A stretch of 64,000 bases of DNA from Cycas panzhihuaensis (lineage: Eukaryota > Plantae > Cycadophyta): positions 123,325,741 through 123,389,740 of the forward strand of contig CM041465.1 of assembly GCA_023213395.1 (NCBI GenBank), given 5' to 3'. Under the pieces are notes generated by a model. That model was not told the DNA's origin. It did no database searches and saw only the letters and a list, made by a program, of their open reading frames with translations. A program made the translations under genes and the position numbers. Positions within the stretch are counted from its first letter, which is position 1, and the number at the start of each line of letters is the position of its first letter. Below are positions 12,084 to 24,880 of this stretch, one piece after another.

Positions 12084-14942
12084 GCACACACACATAAACA
12101 CACACATCCCATGAATGTGGAAAATCTACCTAATAAAGGAGATATATTACATCTAATTGAGTAGCAACCTAACCTAAGAATGTAGGAAATCAAATCGATG
12201 AGGGGAATACATCGCACCCAACCCAAGTAGCAATGATAAAGACAAAGCACTAGGAGATATGAGTGGAATAAGGCGTGCAACACAAGGGGAGCTAGGGTAT
12301 CGATTACATGAATCATCAATAATCAAACTTTCTAAGCATTTGTTAGTATCATAGAGCAACGTGGATCGGTGTAGTTGCATTGTATCACACATTTCGGGCT
12401 TCTCACCCTCGAAGACTCTTTCCGAATTGACAAAGTTGTAAGCATGTGTTTTATCTTATATTCATGTGAGAGTCTCGCCAACTTATGAATGTGGGACATT
12501 TCGCAAACACACGCACACACACATACACACACACCACATCCCATGGACATGAGAAATCTATCCAATGAAGGGGATACATCGCATTCAACCGAGCAGCAAC
12601 CTAACCCAAGAATGTGGGAAATCAACCCGATGAGGGGAATACATCACACCCAACCCAAGTGGCAACAACTAAGACATAACACTAGGAGATATGAATGGAA
12701 TAAGGTGTGCAACACAAGGGGAGTTAGGGACTCAATCACATGAATCATCAATAATCAACCCTTCTAAGCATTTGTTAGTACCGGGAAGCAACGCTGATCG
12801 ATGTGGTTGCACCGTATCACACATTTCGGGCTTTTGACTTTCGAAGGCTTTTTTTAGATTGGCAAATCTGTAAGGGTGTGTTTTATATTATATTTATATG
12901 AGAGTCTTATTAATTCATGAATGCGAGATAATTCACAAACACACGCAAAGACACACCACATTCTATGAACGTGAGAAATCTACCTAATGAAATGGATACA
13001 TCACATCCAACCGAGCAGTAACCTAACTCAAGAATGTAGGAAATTAACTTGATGAGGGGAATACATCACACCTAACCGAAGTGGCAACGACTAAGATAGA
13101 GCACTAAGAGATATGAGTGGAATAATGCGTGCAACACAAGGGGGGCCAATGACTCAATCACATGAATCATTAATAATCAACCATTCTAAGCATTTATTAG
13201 TATCGATGAGCAACGTGGATCAGTGTGGTTGTACTGTATCACATGTTTTGGGCTTTTAACTCTCGAATGCTCTTTCCGGATTGACAAAGCTATAAATGTA
13301 TATTTTACCTTATATTCATGTGAGAGTCTCATAAACTCATGAATGTGGGACAATTGACATACATACACACTACATCCTATGAACGTGAGAAATCTATTCA
13401 ATAAAGGTGATACATTACATCCAACTGAGTAACAACTTAATCCAAGAATGTAGGAAATCAACGTGATGAGGGGAATACATCACACCCAACCCAAGTGGCA
13501 ATGGCCAAGACAGAACACTAGGAGATATGAATGAAATAAGGCATGGAACACAAGGGGAGTCAGGGATTCGATCACATGAATCAATAATAATCAACAATTC
13601 TAAGCATTTTTTAGTATCGGGGAGTAACGTTGATCGGCGTGGTTTCACTGTATCACACATTTTGGGCTTCTCACTCTCGACGACTCTTCTCAGATTGGCA
13701 AAGCTATATGGGTGTGTTTTATCTTATATTCATGTGAGAGTCTTGACAACTCATAAATGTGGGACAACTCACACACACACACACATATACACATCATATC
13801 CCATGAACGTGGTAAATCTACCAAATGAAGGGGATACATCACATCCAACTGAGCATCAATCTAACCTAAGAATGTGGGAAATCAACTCGATGGGGAGAAT
13901 ACATCACAACCAACCCAAGTGGCAACAGCCAAGACGATGCAGTAGGAGATATGAGTGGAATAAGGCGTGTAGCATAAGCGGAGCCAATGGCTCGCTTACG
14001 TGAATCATCAATAATCAACCCTTCTAGGCATTTGTTAGTACTGGGGAGCAATGTGGATCGATGTTGTTGCATTGTGTAACACCCTTCAAGCTTCTTACCC
14101 TCAAAGGCTCTTTATGGATTGACAAAGTTGTAGGGGTGTGTTTTATCTTATATTCATGTGAGAGTCTCGCAAACTCATTAATGTGGAACAATTTACACAC
14201 ACACAGTCACGTGCCACCGTTACACTAAAAGCCTCGGGGTGGTTTTGAAAGAAGACTTCCTCTAGATAGTTAGCGTCACGCACTCTAAAACTCCCCCATC
14301 ACGAGGAGTTGGTTGTACCTACACGGCATGCATGTCCACCACGACGTTCTGCGATGGTCACTTCCCCACCTTCACGCATGTTCGGGTGCACTACCGTGGT
14401 ACACATAACCGGTTTTGAACCCTAGTCGCTCTAATACCACTTTTCATAGGCTGCCATTACACCAAAAGCCCTAGGGTGATTTGGGAAGAAGACTTCCTCG
14501 AGATAGTTAACGTTACACGTTTCAACACACGTGCACACACATACATTATATCCCATGAATGTGGGAAATCTACCCAATGAAGGGGATACATCACATCCAA
14601 CCGAGAAGCAATCTAACCAAAGAACGTGGGAAATCAATCCAATTAGGGGAATACATCACACCCAACCCAAGTGGCAACGACCAAGACAGAGCACTAGGAG
14701 ATACGAGTGGAATAAGGCATGCAGTACAAGAGGAGTCAGGAACTCGATCACATGAATCGTTAATAATCAACCCTTCTAAGTATTTATTAGTATCGGGTAG
14801 TAACATAAATCAGTGTGGTTGCACTGTATCACATGTTTCAAGCTTCTCACCCTCGAAGGCTATTTTTGGATTGACAAAGATGTAAGGGTGTGTTTTACCT
14901 TATATTTATGTGAGAGTCTCGTCAATTCATGAATGTGAGACA

Positions 14943-14981
<39 letters not shown>

Positions 14982-17900
14982 ATATCCCCAAAACATAAGA
15001 AATCCATCTAATGAAGGGGATACATCACATCTAACTGAGCCGTAACTTAACCCAAGAATGTGGGAAATCAACCCGATGAGGGGAATACATTACACCTAAC
15101 CCAAGTGGCAATGGCAAAGATAGAGCATTAGGAGATATGAGTGGAATTAGACACACATCATAAGGGGAGCTAAGGACTCGATCACATTAATCATCAACAA
15201 TCAACCTTTTTAAGCATTTGTTAGTATTGGGGAGCAACGTGGATCGATGTGGTTGTATTGTATCATACGTTTCAGGCTTTTCACATTTGAAGGCACTTTT
15301 CGAATTGACAAAGCTGTAGGGGTGTGTTTTACTTTATATTCATATGAGAGTCTCGTCAACTCATGAATGTGGGATAATTCACACACACACGTATACGCAC
15401 ACCACATCCTATGAATATGGAAAATCTACCCAATGAAGGAGATATATCACATTCAACCGAGCAGCAACCTAATATAAGAATGTGGAAAATCAACTCGATG
15501 AGGGGAATACATCACAACTAACCTAAGTGGCAACGACTAAGATAGAACACAATGAGATATGACTGGAATAAGGCTTGCAACACAAGGCCAGCTAGGGACT
15601 CGATCACATGAATCATCAATAATCAACCCTTCTATGCATTTGTTAGTACTAGGGAGCAATGCAGATCAGTGTGGTTGCAATGTATCACATGTTTCGAGCT
15701 TGCCACTCTCGAAGGCTCTTTCTAAATTGGCAAAGCTGTAGTGGTGTGTTTTACATTTTATTCATGTGAGAGTCTCGCCAATTATTGAATTTGGAATAAT
15801 TCACACACACATACTACATCCCATGAACGTGGAAAATCTACGCAATGAAGGGGATATATCACATCAAACCGAGTAGCAACCTAACCCAAAAATGTGGAAA
15901 GTCAACTTGATGAGGGGAATACATTACACCCAACCTAAGTGGCAATGACCAACACAGAGCACTAGGAGATATGAGTGTAATAAGGTGTGCAGCACAAGGG
16001 GAGCCAGGGACCCGATCACATGAATCATCAATAATTAATCATTCTAAGTATTTGTTAGTATCGGGGAGCAACGTGGATCAGTGTGGTTGCACTGTATCAT
16101 ATATTTTAGGATTCTTACCGTCGAAGACTCTTTCCAAATTGGCAAAGCTATATGGGTGTGTTTTATCTTATATTGATGAGAGAGTCTCGCTAGTTCATGA
16201 ATGTAAGACAATTCACACACATACGTACAACCATACACATCTCATGAATGCGAAAAATCTACCTAATGAAGAGGATATATCACATCCAACCGAGTAATAA
16301 CCTAACTCAAGAATGTGGGAAATCAACCTGATGAGGGGAATACATTGCACCAAACCCAAGTGGCAACGATTAAGATAGAGCACTAAGAGATATGAGCGGA
16401 ATAAGGCGTGCAACATAAGGGGAGCTAGGGACTCGATTGCATGAATTATCAATAATTAACCCTTCTAAGCATTTGTTAGTACCGGAGAGCAATGTGGATC
16501 GGTGCGATTGCACTGTATCATACGTTCCAGGCTTCTCACATTCGGAGGTTCTTTCCGTATTGACAAAGCTATATGGGTGTGTTTTATTTGATATTCATAT
16601 GAGAGTCTCACCAATTCATGAATGTGGGATAATTCACACACACACACACACACACACACACCATGAACGTGGAAAATCTATCAAATGAAGGGAATACGTC
16701 ACATCTAACTGAGCAGTAACCTAACCCAAGAATGTGAAAAATCAACTGAATGAGGAGAATATCACACCTAACCAAAGTGGCAATCACCAAGACAGAGCAC
16801 TAGGAGATATGAGTGGAATAAGGCGTGCAACACAAGGGGAGCTAGGGACTCGATCACATGAATCATCAATAATCAACCCTTCTAAGTATTTGTTAGTACC
16901 GAGGAGCAATATGGATTGGTGTGGTTGCATTGTATTACACGTTTCGAGCTTTTCACCCTCGAAGGCTCTTTTTGGATTGACAAAGTTGTAGGAGTGTGTT
17001 TTACCTTATATTCATGTCAGAGTCTCGCCAACTCATAAATATTGGACAATTCACACACACGCACACATGTACAATATATCCCATAAACATGGAAAATCTA
17101 CCTAATGAAAGGGATACATCACATTGAACTGAGCAGTAATATAACCTAAAAATGTAGGAAATCAACCCAATGATGGGAATACATCACACCAAACCCAAGT
17201 GGCAATGGTCAAGACAGAGCACTAGGAGATATGAGTGGAATAAGGCATGCAACACAAGGGGAGCCATGGGCTTGATCACATGAATCATCAATAATCAACC
17301 TTTCTAAGTATTTGTTAGTATTGGGGAGCAACGTGGATTGGTGTGGTTGTACTGTATCATATGTTTTAGGCTTCTCACCCCTGAAGGCTCTTTCTAGACT
17401 AGTAACGTTGTACCAGTGTGTTTTACCTTATATTAATGTGAGAGTCTTGGCAACTCATGAATGTGGGATAATTCACACACGCACACATATACACACATCA
17501 CATCTTATGAACGTGGACAATTTACCCAATGAAGGGGATACATGATATCCAATTGAGCAGCAACCTGACCAAAGAATGTTGAAAATCAATCCGATGAGGG
17601 GAATATATTGCACCCAACCCAAGTGGCAACGACCAAGATAGAGCATTAGGAGATGTGAGTGGAATAAGGCATGTGGCATAATGGGAGCCATGAACTCAAT
17701 CACACGAATCATCAATCATCAACTTCTAAGCATTTTTTTAGTACCTGGGAGCAATGTGGATTGTTGTGGTTGTGCTGTATCACACGTTTCAGGATTCTCA
17801 CCATTGAATGCTCTTTCTGGATTAGCAAAGTTGTAGGGGTGTGTTTTACCTTATATTCATATGAGAGTCTCACAAACTCATGAATGTGAGATAATTCACA

Positions 17901-18119
17901 CACACATGCGCACACACATATCACATCCTATGAACATGAGAAATTTACCTAATGAAGGGGATACATTACATCCAATTGAGCAGCAACCTAACCAAAGAAT
18001 GTGGGAAATCAACCCGATGAGACGAATACATCACACGCAATCCAAGTGGTAATGGCTAAGACAGAGTACTAGGAGATATAAGTGGAATAAAGCAACACAA
18101 GAGGAGCCAGGGACTCGAT
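10106..18119 (+). repeat. ~420-bp tandem repeat array, left arm (about 18 full units plus a partial), subfamily L
   Basis: The anchor GGA(G/A)ATATGAGTGGAATAAGG recurs at ~10107, 10521, 10941, 11361, 11794, 12253, 12685, 13107, 13521, 13945, 14697, 15131, 15553, 15965, 16386, 16803, 17225, 17649 and 18072. Each unit has a variable (CA)n tract and an internal ~65-bp dimer. Confidence 0.97.
14205..14527 (-). mobile_element. TRIM (terminal-repeat retrotransposon in miniature), 323 bp, inserted in the (CA)n tract of a repeat unit
   Basis: Two ~86-bp direct repeats (14205-14290, 14442-14527) share GAAGACTTCCTC(T/G)AGATAGTTA. PBS complement GCTCTAATACCA at 14428-14439; PPT complement CTCCCCCATC at 14291-14300; ~150-bp non-coding interior. 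Confidence 0.85.
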
Positions 18120-21100
18120 GTCACTTGGTTGGATGTGTTGCACGCCTTAATCTCGTATGTTACTTCTTAGTACTCTGTCTTGGTCGTTGCCACTTGATTG
18201 GATGTGATGTATCCATCTCATTAGGTTGATTTCCCACATTCTAGGGTAAGGTTGCCACTTGGTTGGATGTGAGATAACCCCTTCATTGGGTTGATTTCCC
18301 ACCTTTATGGGATGTAGTGTATATATGTGTGTAATTTGTCCCACATTCATGAGTTGGTAAGACTCCCACATGAATATAAGGTAAAATACACCTCTACAAC
18401 TTTGCTAATTCGAAAAGAGCATTCGGGGGTGAGAAGCTTGAAACGTGTGATACAGTGCAATCACACTTATCCACGTTGCTTCCCGATATTAATAAATGTT
18501 TAGAAGGGTTATTATTGATACTTTTTGTGATTGAGTCCCTGTCTTCCCTAGTATTACACGCCTTAGTGTCGTCTCCTACTTCTTAGTACTCTGTTTTGGC
18601 CATTGCCACTTGGGTTGGGTGTGATGTATCCCCTTGATTGGGTTGATTTGCCATATTCTTGGGTTGGGTTGCCACTTGGTTGAATGTGAGATGTTCCATT
18701 CATTGGGTTGATTTTTCACGTTCATGGAATGTGGTGTATATATGTGTGATTTATCTGACATTCATGAGTTGACCAGACTCTCAGATGAATATAAGGTAAA
18801 ACACACCCTTATAACTTTGCCAATTCGTAAAGAGTCTTCGATGGTGAGAAGCCTGAAACGTGTGATAAAGTGCAACCACACCGATCCAGGTTGCTCTCCG
18901 GTACTAACAAATGCTTAAAATGGTTGATTATTGATGATTCATGTGATTAAGTCCTTGACTTCCCTAGTGCTGCATGTCTTAATGTCATCCCCTACTTCCT
19001 AATACTATGTCCTGGCCGTTGCCACTTTGGTTGGGTATGATGTACCCCCCTCATTGGGTTGATTTTCCACATTTTTGGGTCAGGTTGTCACTTGGTTGGA
19101 TATGAAATGTTCCATTCATTAGGTTGATTTCTCACCTTCATGGGATATGGTGTGTGTGTATGTGTGTGATTTGTCTCATATTCATGAGTTAGTAAGACTC
19201 TCAAATAAATATAAGGTAAAACACACCCTTATAGCTTTACCAATCTAGAAAGAGTCTTCGAGAGTGAGAAGTCTGAAACGTGTGATATAGTGCAACGACA
19301 TCGATCCACGTTGCTTCCTAGTACTAACAAATGCTTAGAAATATTGATTATTGATGATTCATGTGATTGAGTCATTGGTTCCCCTAGTGTTGCATGCCTT
19401 AATGCCATTTCCTACTTCCTAACACTCTGTCTTGGTCGTTGCCACTTGGGTTGGGTGTGATGTATATCCCTCATTAGGTTGATTTTCCACATTTTTGAGT
19501 CGGATTACCACTTAGTTAGATGTGAGATGTCCCATTCATTTGGTTGATTTTCTATGTTCATGGGATGTGGTGTATGTGTGTGTGTGATTTATCCCACATT
19601 CATGAGTTGACGAGACTCACATGAATATAAGGTAAAACACACCCTTATAACTTTGCCAATCTAGAAAGAGCCTTCGAGGGTGAGAAGCCTGAAACGTGTG
19701 ATATAATATAACCACACTGATCCACGTTGCTTCTCGGTATTAATAAATGCTTATAAGGGTTGATTATTGATGATTCATGTGATTGACTCCCCGACTCCTA
19801 TAGTGTTGCACGTCTTAATGTCCTCTCCTATTTCCTAGTACTCTGTGTTGGCCATTGCCACTTGGTTTGGTTGTGATGTATCTCTCTCATTAGGTCGATT
19901 TCCCACATTCTTGGGTCGAGTTGGCACTTGGTTAGATGTGAGATATCCCTTTCATTGGGTTGATTTCCCACGTTCATGGGATGTGGTGTATGTGTGTGAT
20001 TTGACACACATTCATGAGTGAGTTAGACTTTCACATAAATATAAAGTAAAGCACACCCCTACAACTTTGCCAATCCGGAAAGAGCCTTCGAGGGTGAGAA
20101 ACCTGAAACATTTGGTACATTGCAACCACACCGATCCACGTTGCTTCTCGGTACTAACAAATACTTAGAATGATTGATTTTTGATGATTCATATGATTAA
20201 GTCATTCACTTCCCTAGTGTTGTAGACCTTAATGCCCTGTACTACTTACTAGTACTTTGTCTTGTCCGTTGTCACTTGGGTTATGTGTGATGTATGCCCC
20301 TCATTGGGTTGATTTTCCACATTCTTGGGTCTGGTTGCCACTTGGTTGGATGTGAGATGTCCCATTCATTAGGTTGATTTCTCACATTCATGAGATGTGG
20401 TGTATGTGTGTGTGATTTGTTCAACATTCATGAGTTGGCCATACTCTCACATGAATATAATGTAAAATACATCTTTACAACTTTGTCAATCCAAAAAGAT
20501 TCGTTGAGGGTGAGGAGCCTGCAACGTGTGATACAGTGAAACCACATTGATCCACGTTACTCTTGGGTACCAACAAATACTTAGAAGGGTTGATTATTGA
20601 TGATTCATGTGATTGAGCCCTTGACTCCTCTAGTGTTGCCTGTGTTAGTGTCCTCTCCTACTTGCTAATATTCTATCTTGGCTGTTGCCACTTGGGTTGG
20701 GTGTGGTGTGTCCCCCTCATTAGGTTGATTTCTCACATTCTTGAGTCGAGTTGCCTATTGGTTGGATGTGAGATGTTTCCTTCAATGGGTTGATTTCCCA
20801 CGTTCATGAGATGTGGCGTATGTGTGTGTGATTTGTCTTACATTCATGAGTTGACTAGATTCTAAAACACATCCTTATAGTTTTGCCAATCCAGAAAGAG
20901 CCTTGGAGAGTGAGAAGCTTGAAACGTGTGATATAGTGCAACCACACCGATCCATGTTACTCTCCGGTACTAACAAATACTTAGAAGGGTTGATTATTAA
21001 TGATTCATGTGATTGAGTCCATGGCTCCCCTAGTGTTGCATGCCTTAATGTCCTCTCCTATTTCTAGTACTCTATTTTGGCCGTTGCCACTTAGGTTGGG

Positions 21101-24100
21101 TGTGATGTATCCCCCTCGTTGGGTTGATTTCCCATACCTTCGTTGGGTTGATTTCTCACATTCTTGGGTCGGGTTGCCACTTGGTTGGATGTGAGATGTC
21201 TCATTCACTGGGTTGATTTCCTACGTTCATGGGATGTGGTGTATTTGTGTGTGTGATTTGTCCCACATTTATGAGTTGGCTAAATTCTCACATGAATATA
21301 AGGTAAAACACACCCCTATAATTTTGTCAATCTGGAAAAAGTCTTCGAGGGTGAGAAGCCCAAAACGTGTGATACAATGCAACCACACCGATCGATGTTG
21401 CTCCATAGTACTAACAAATGCTTAGAATAGTTAATTATTAATGATTTATGTGATTGAGTCCCTGGCTCTCAAAGTGTAGCACGCATTAATGTCTTCTCCT
21501 ACTTCTTATTACTCTTTAGTAGTCATTGCCACTTGGGTTGGGTATGATGTATCCCTATCGTTTGGTTGATTTCTCACATTCTTTGGTCAGTTGGGTTGCC
21601 ACATGTTGGATGTGAGATGTCCATTTCATTGGGTTGATTTCCCATGTTTATGGGATGTGGTGTATGTGTATATGTGTGATTTGCCCGACATTTATGAGTT
21701 GGCCAAACTCTCACATGAATATAAGGTAAAACACACCTCTACAACTTTGCCAATTCGAAAAGAGCCTTCGAATGTGAGAATCTCGAAATGTGTGAGAAAA
21801 TGCAACCACACAGATCCACGTTGCTCCTTGGTACCAATAAATGTTTATAAGAGTTGATTATTAATGATTCATGTAATCGAGTCCGTGACTTCCCTAGTGT
21901 TGCACGTCTTAATGTCCTCTCCTACTTCCTAGTACTCTGTATTAGCCATTGCCACTTGGGTTGGATGTGATGTATTCCCTTCATTGGGTTGATTTCCCAC
22001 ATTCTTGGGTCGGGTTGCCACTTGGTTGGATGTGAGATGTACCATTCATTAGGTTGATTCTCCACGTTCATGGCATATGGTGTATGTGTGTGTGTGATTT
22101 AACCCATATTCATGAGTTAGACAGACTCTCACATGAATATAAAGTAAAATACACCCTTACAATTTTGCCAATTCGGAAAGAGCCTTCGAGGGTGAGAAGC
22201 TCAAAACGTGTGGTATAGTGCAACCACACTGATCCATGTTGCTTCCCGGTACTAACAAATATTTAGAATGGTTGATTTTTGATAATTCATGTGATTAAGT
22301 CTCTAGCTCTCTTAGTGTTGCATGCCTTAATGCCCTCTTCTACTTATTAGTACTCTGTGTTATCCGTTGTCATTTGGGTTATGTGTGATGTATGCCCCTC
22401 ATTGGGTTGATTTCCTACATTCTTGGGTTAAGTTGCCATTTGGTTGGATGTGAAATGTTCCATTCATTGGGTTGATTTTCCGCATTCATGGGATGTGCTG
22501 TATGTGTGTGTGATTTGTCCCACATTCATGAATTGGCCAGATTCTCACATGAATATAAGATAAAACACACCCTTACAACTTTGCCAATTCGAAAAAACCC
22601 TTTGAGGGTGAGAAGTTCGAAACGTGTGATACAATGCAACCATACCGATCCATGTTGTTCTTGGGTACTAACAAATGCTTAGAAGGGTTGATTACTGATG
22701 ATTCATGTGACTAAGTCTCTGACTCTCCTAGTGTTGCACGCCTTAATGTCCTCTCCTACTTCCTAGTACTCTGTCTTGATTGTTGTCACTTGGGTTGGGT
22801 GTGATGTATCCCCCTCATTAGGTTGATTTTTTACATTTTTGGGTCAAATTGCCACTTGGTTGGATGTGAGCTGTCACCTTCATTGGATTGATTTTCTACA
22901 TTCATGGGATGTGGTTTATATGTGTATGTGTGTGTGATTTGTCCCACATTTGTGAGTTGGTTACACTCTTACTTGAATATAAGGTAAAACATACTCCTAT
23001 AACGTTGCAAATCCAGAAAGAGTCTTCGAGGGTAAGAAGCCCGAAATGTGTGAAACAATACAACCACACCGATCCGCATTGCTCCCTACTACTAACAAAT
23101 GCTTAGAAGGATTGATTATTGATGATTCATATGATTGAGTCCCTGGCTCCTCTAATGTTGCACGCCTTAATGTTCTCTCTTACTTCCTAGTACTTTGTCT
23201 TGGCCGTTGCCACTTGGGTTGAGTGTGATGTATCCCCCTAATTGGGTTGATTTTCCACAACTTGTGTTGGGTGTGATGTATCCCCTTCATTGGGTTGATT
23301 TCTCACATTCTTGGGTCGGGTTACCACTTAGTTGGATGTAAGATGTCCTCTTCATTAGGTTAATTTCCCATGTTCTTAGTATGTATGTGTGTGTGTGTGA
23401 TTTGTCTGACATTCATGAGTTGGCCAGACTCTCATATGAATATAAGGTAAAACACACCCTTATAACTTTGCCAATTCAAAAAGAGCCTTCGAGGGTGAGA
23501 AGCTCGAAACATGTGATACAGTGCAACCACACCAATCCACGTTGCTTTCCGGTACTAACAAATGCTTAAAAGGGTTGATTTTTGATGATTCATGTGATTG
23601 AGTCCTTGGCTCCCCTAGTGTTGTACGCCTTAATGTCCTCTCATACTTCCTAATACTTTGTTTTTATCATTGTCACTTGGGTTGGGTGTGATATATCCTC
23701 ATCATTAGGCTGATTTTCCACATTCTTGGGTCGGATTGCCACTTGGCTGTATGTGAGATGTTACCTTCATTGGGTTGATTTTCGATGTTCACAGGATATG
23801 GTGTATGTGTATGTGATTTGTCCCACATTCATGAGTTGGCTAGACTATCACATGAATATAAGATAAAACACACTCTTACAACTTTGTCAATCTGAAAAGA
23901 ATCTTCAAGTGTGAGAAGCCTGAAACGTATGATACAGTGCAACCACACCGATAAACGTTCTTCCCCAGTACTAACAAATGCTTAAAATGGTTGATTATTA
24001 ATGATTCATGTAATTAAGTCCATGACTCTCCTAGTGTTGCATGGTTTAATGTCATCTCCTACTTCCTAGTACTCTGTCTTGGCCGTTGCCACTTGGATTG

Positions 24101-24880
24101 GGTGTGATGTATCCCTCTCATTAGGTTGATTTTCCACATTCTTGGGTCGGGTTGCCACTTGGTTGGATGTGAGATGTCCTCTTCATTGTGTTGATTTCCC
24201 ACATTCATGGGATGTGGTGTGTGTGTGTGATGTGTCTCACATTCATGAGTTGGCCAGATTCTTATATGAATATAAGGTAAAACACACCCCTACAACTTTG
24301 TCAATTAAGCCTAAAACATGGGATATAATGCAACTACACCAATTCACGTTGCTCACCGGTACTAACAAATGCTTAGAAGGGTTGATTATTGATGATTCAT
24401 GTGATTGAGTCCGTGGTTCCCCTAGTGTTGCACACCTTAATATCCTCTCTTAGTTCCTAGTACTCTGTATTAGCCATTGACACTTGGGTTGGGTGTGATG
24501 TATCCCCTTTATTGGATTGATTTTTCACATTCTTGGGTCGGGTTACCACTTAGTTGGATGTGATATGTCCCATTCATTGGGTTGATTTCCCATGTTCATG
24601 GGATGTGGTGTATGTGTGTGTATATGTGATTTGTCGCACATTCATGAGTTGGCCAGACTTTCACATGAATATAAGAGAAAACACACACCTATAACTTTGT
24701 CAATCTAGAAAGAGTCTTCGAGGATGAGAAGCCCGAAATGAGTGATACAGTGTAACCACACTGACCTACATTGTTCTATGGTACTAACAAATGCTTAGAA
24801 GGGTTGATTATTGATGCTTCATGTGATTGAGTCCCTGGCTCCCCTAGTGCTGCATGCCTTAATGTCATCTCCTATTTCCA
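18120..24880 (-). repeat. ~420-bp tandem repeat array, right arm in inverted orientation (about 16 units), subfamily R
   Basis: Reverse complement of the left-arm unit. The anchor TACTCTGTCTTGGCCGTTGCCACTTGG recurs at ~18171, 18587, 19003, 19421, 19838, 20253, 20670, 21068, 21510, 21932, 22351, 22767, 23191, 23653, 24070 and 24461. Fixed differences from the left arm. Confidence 0.97.

Noticed and set aside
14205-14527. Cassandra TRIM carrying 5S sequence
   Set aside because: The LTRs are only ~86 bp and lack recognisable 5S A/C boxes; only a weak GGAAGTC resemblance.
10276-24408. Dozens of similar 60-160 aa ORFs suggesting a tandem peptide gene family
   Set aside because: They occur in all frames and both strands of the 420-bp repeat, with inconsistent starts and stops and (CA)n-derived VCVC/HTHT runs. 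No frame is preserved.
10106-24880. CRISPR-like or rDNA (5S) array
   Set aside because: Whole units are homologous with no unique spacers, and I see no 5S rRNA or tRNA sequence in the monomer.
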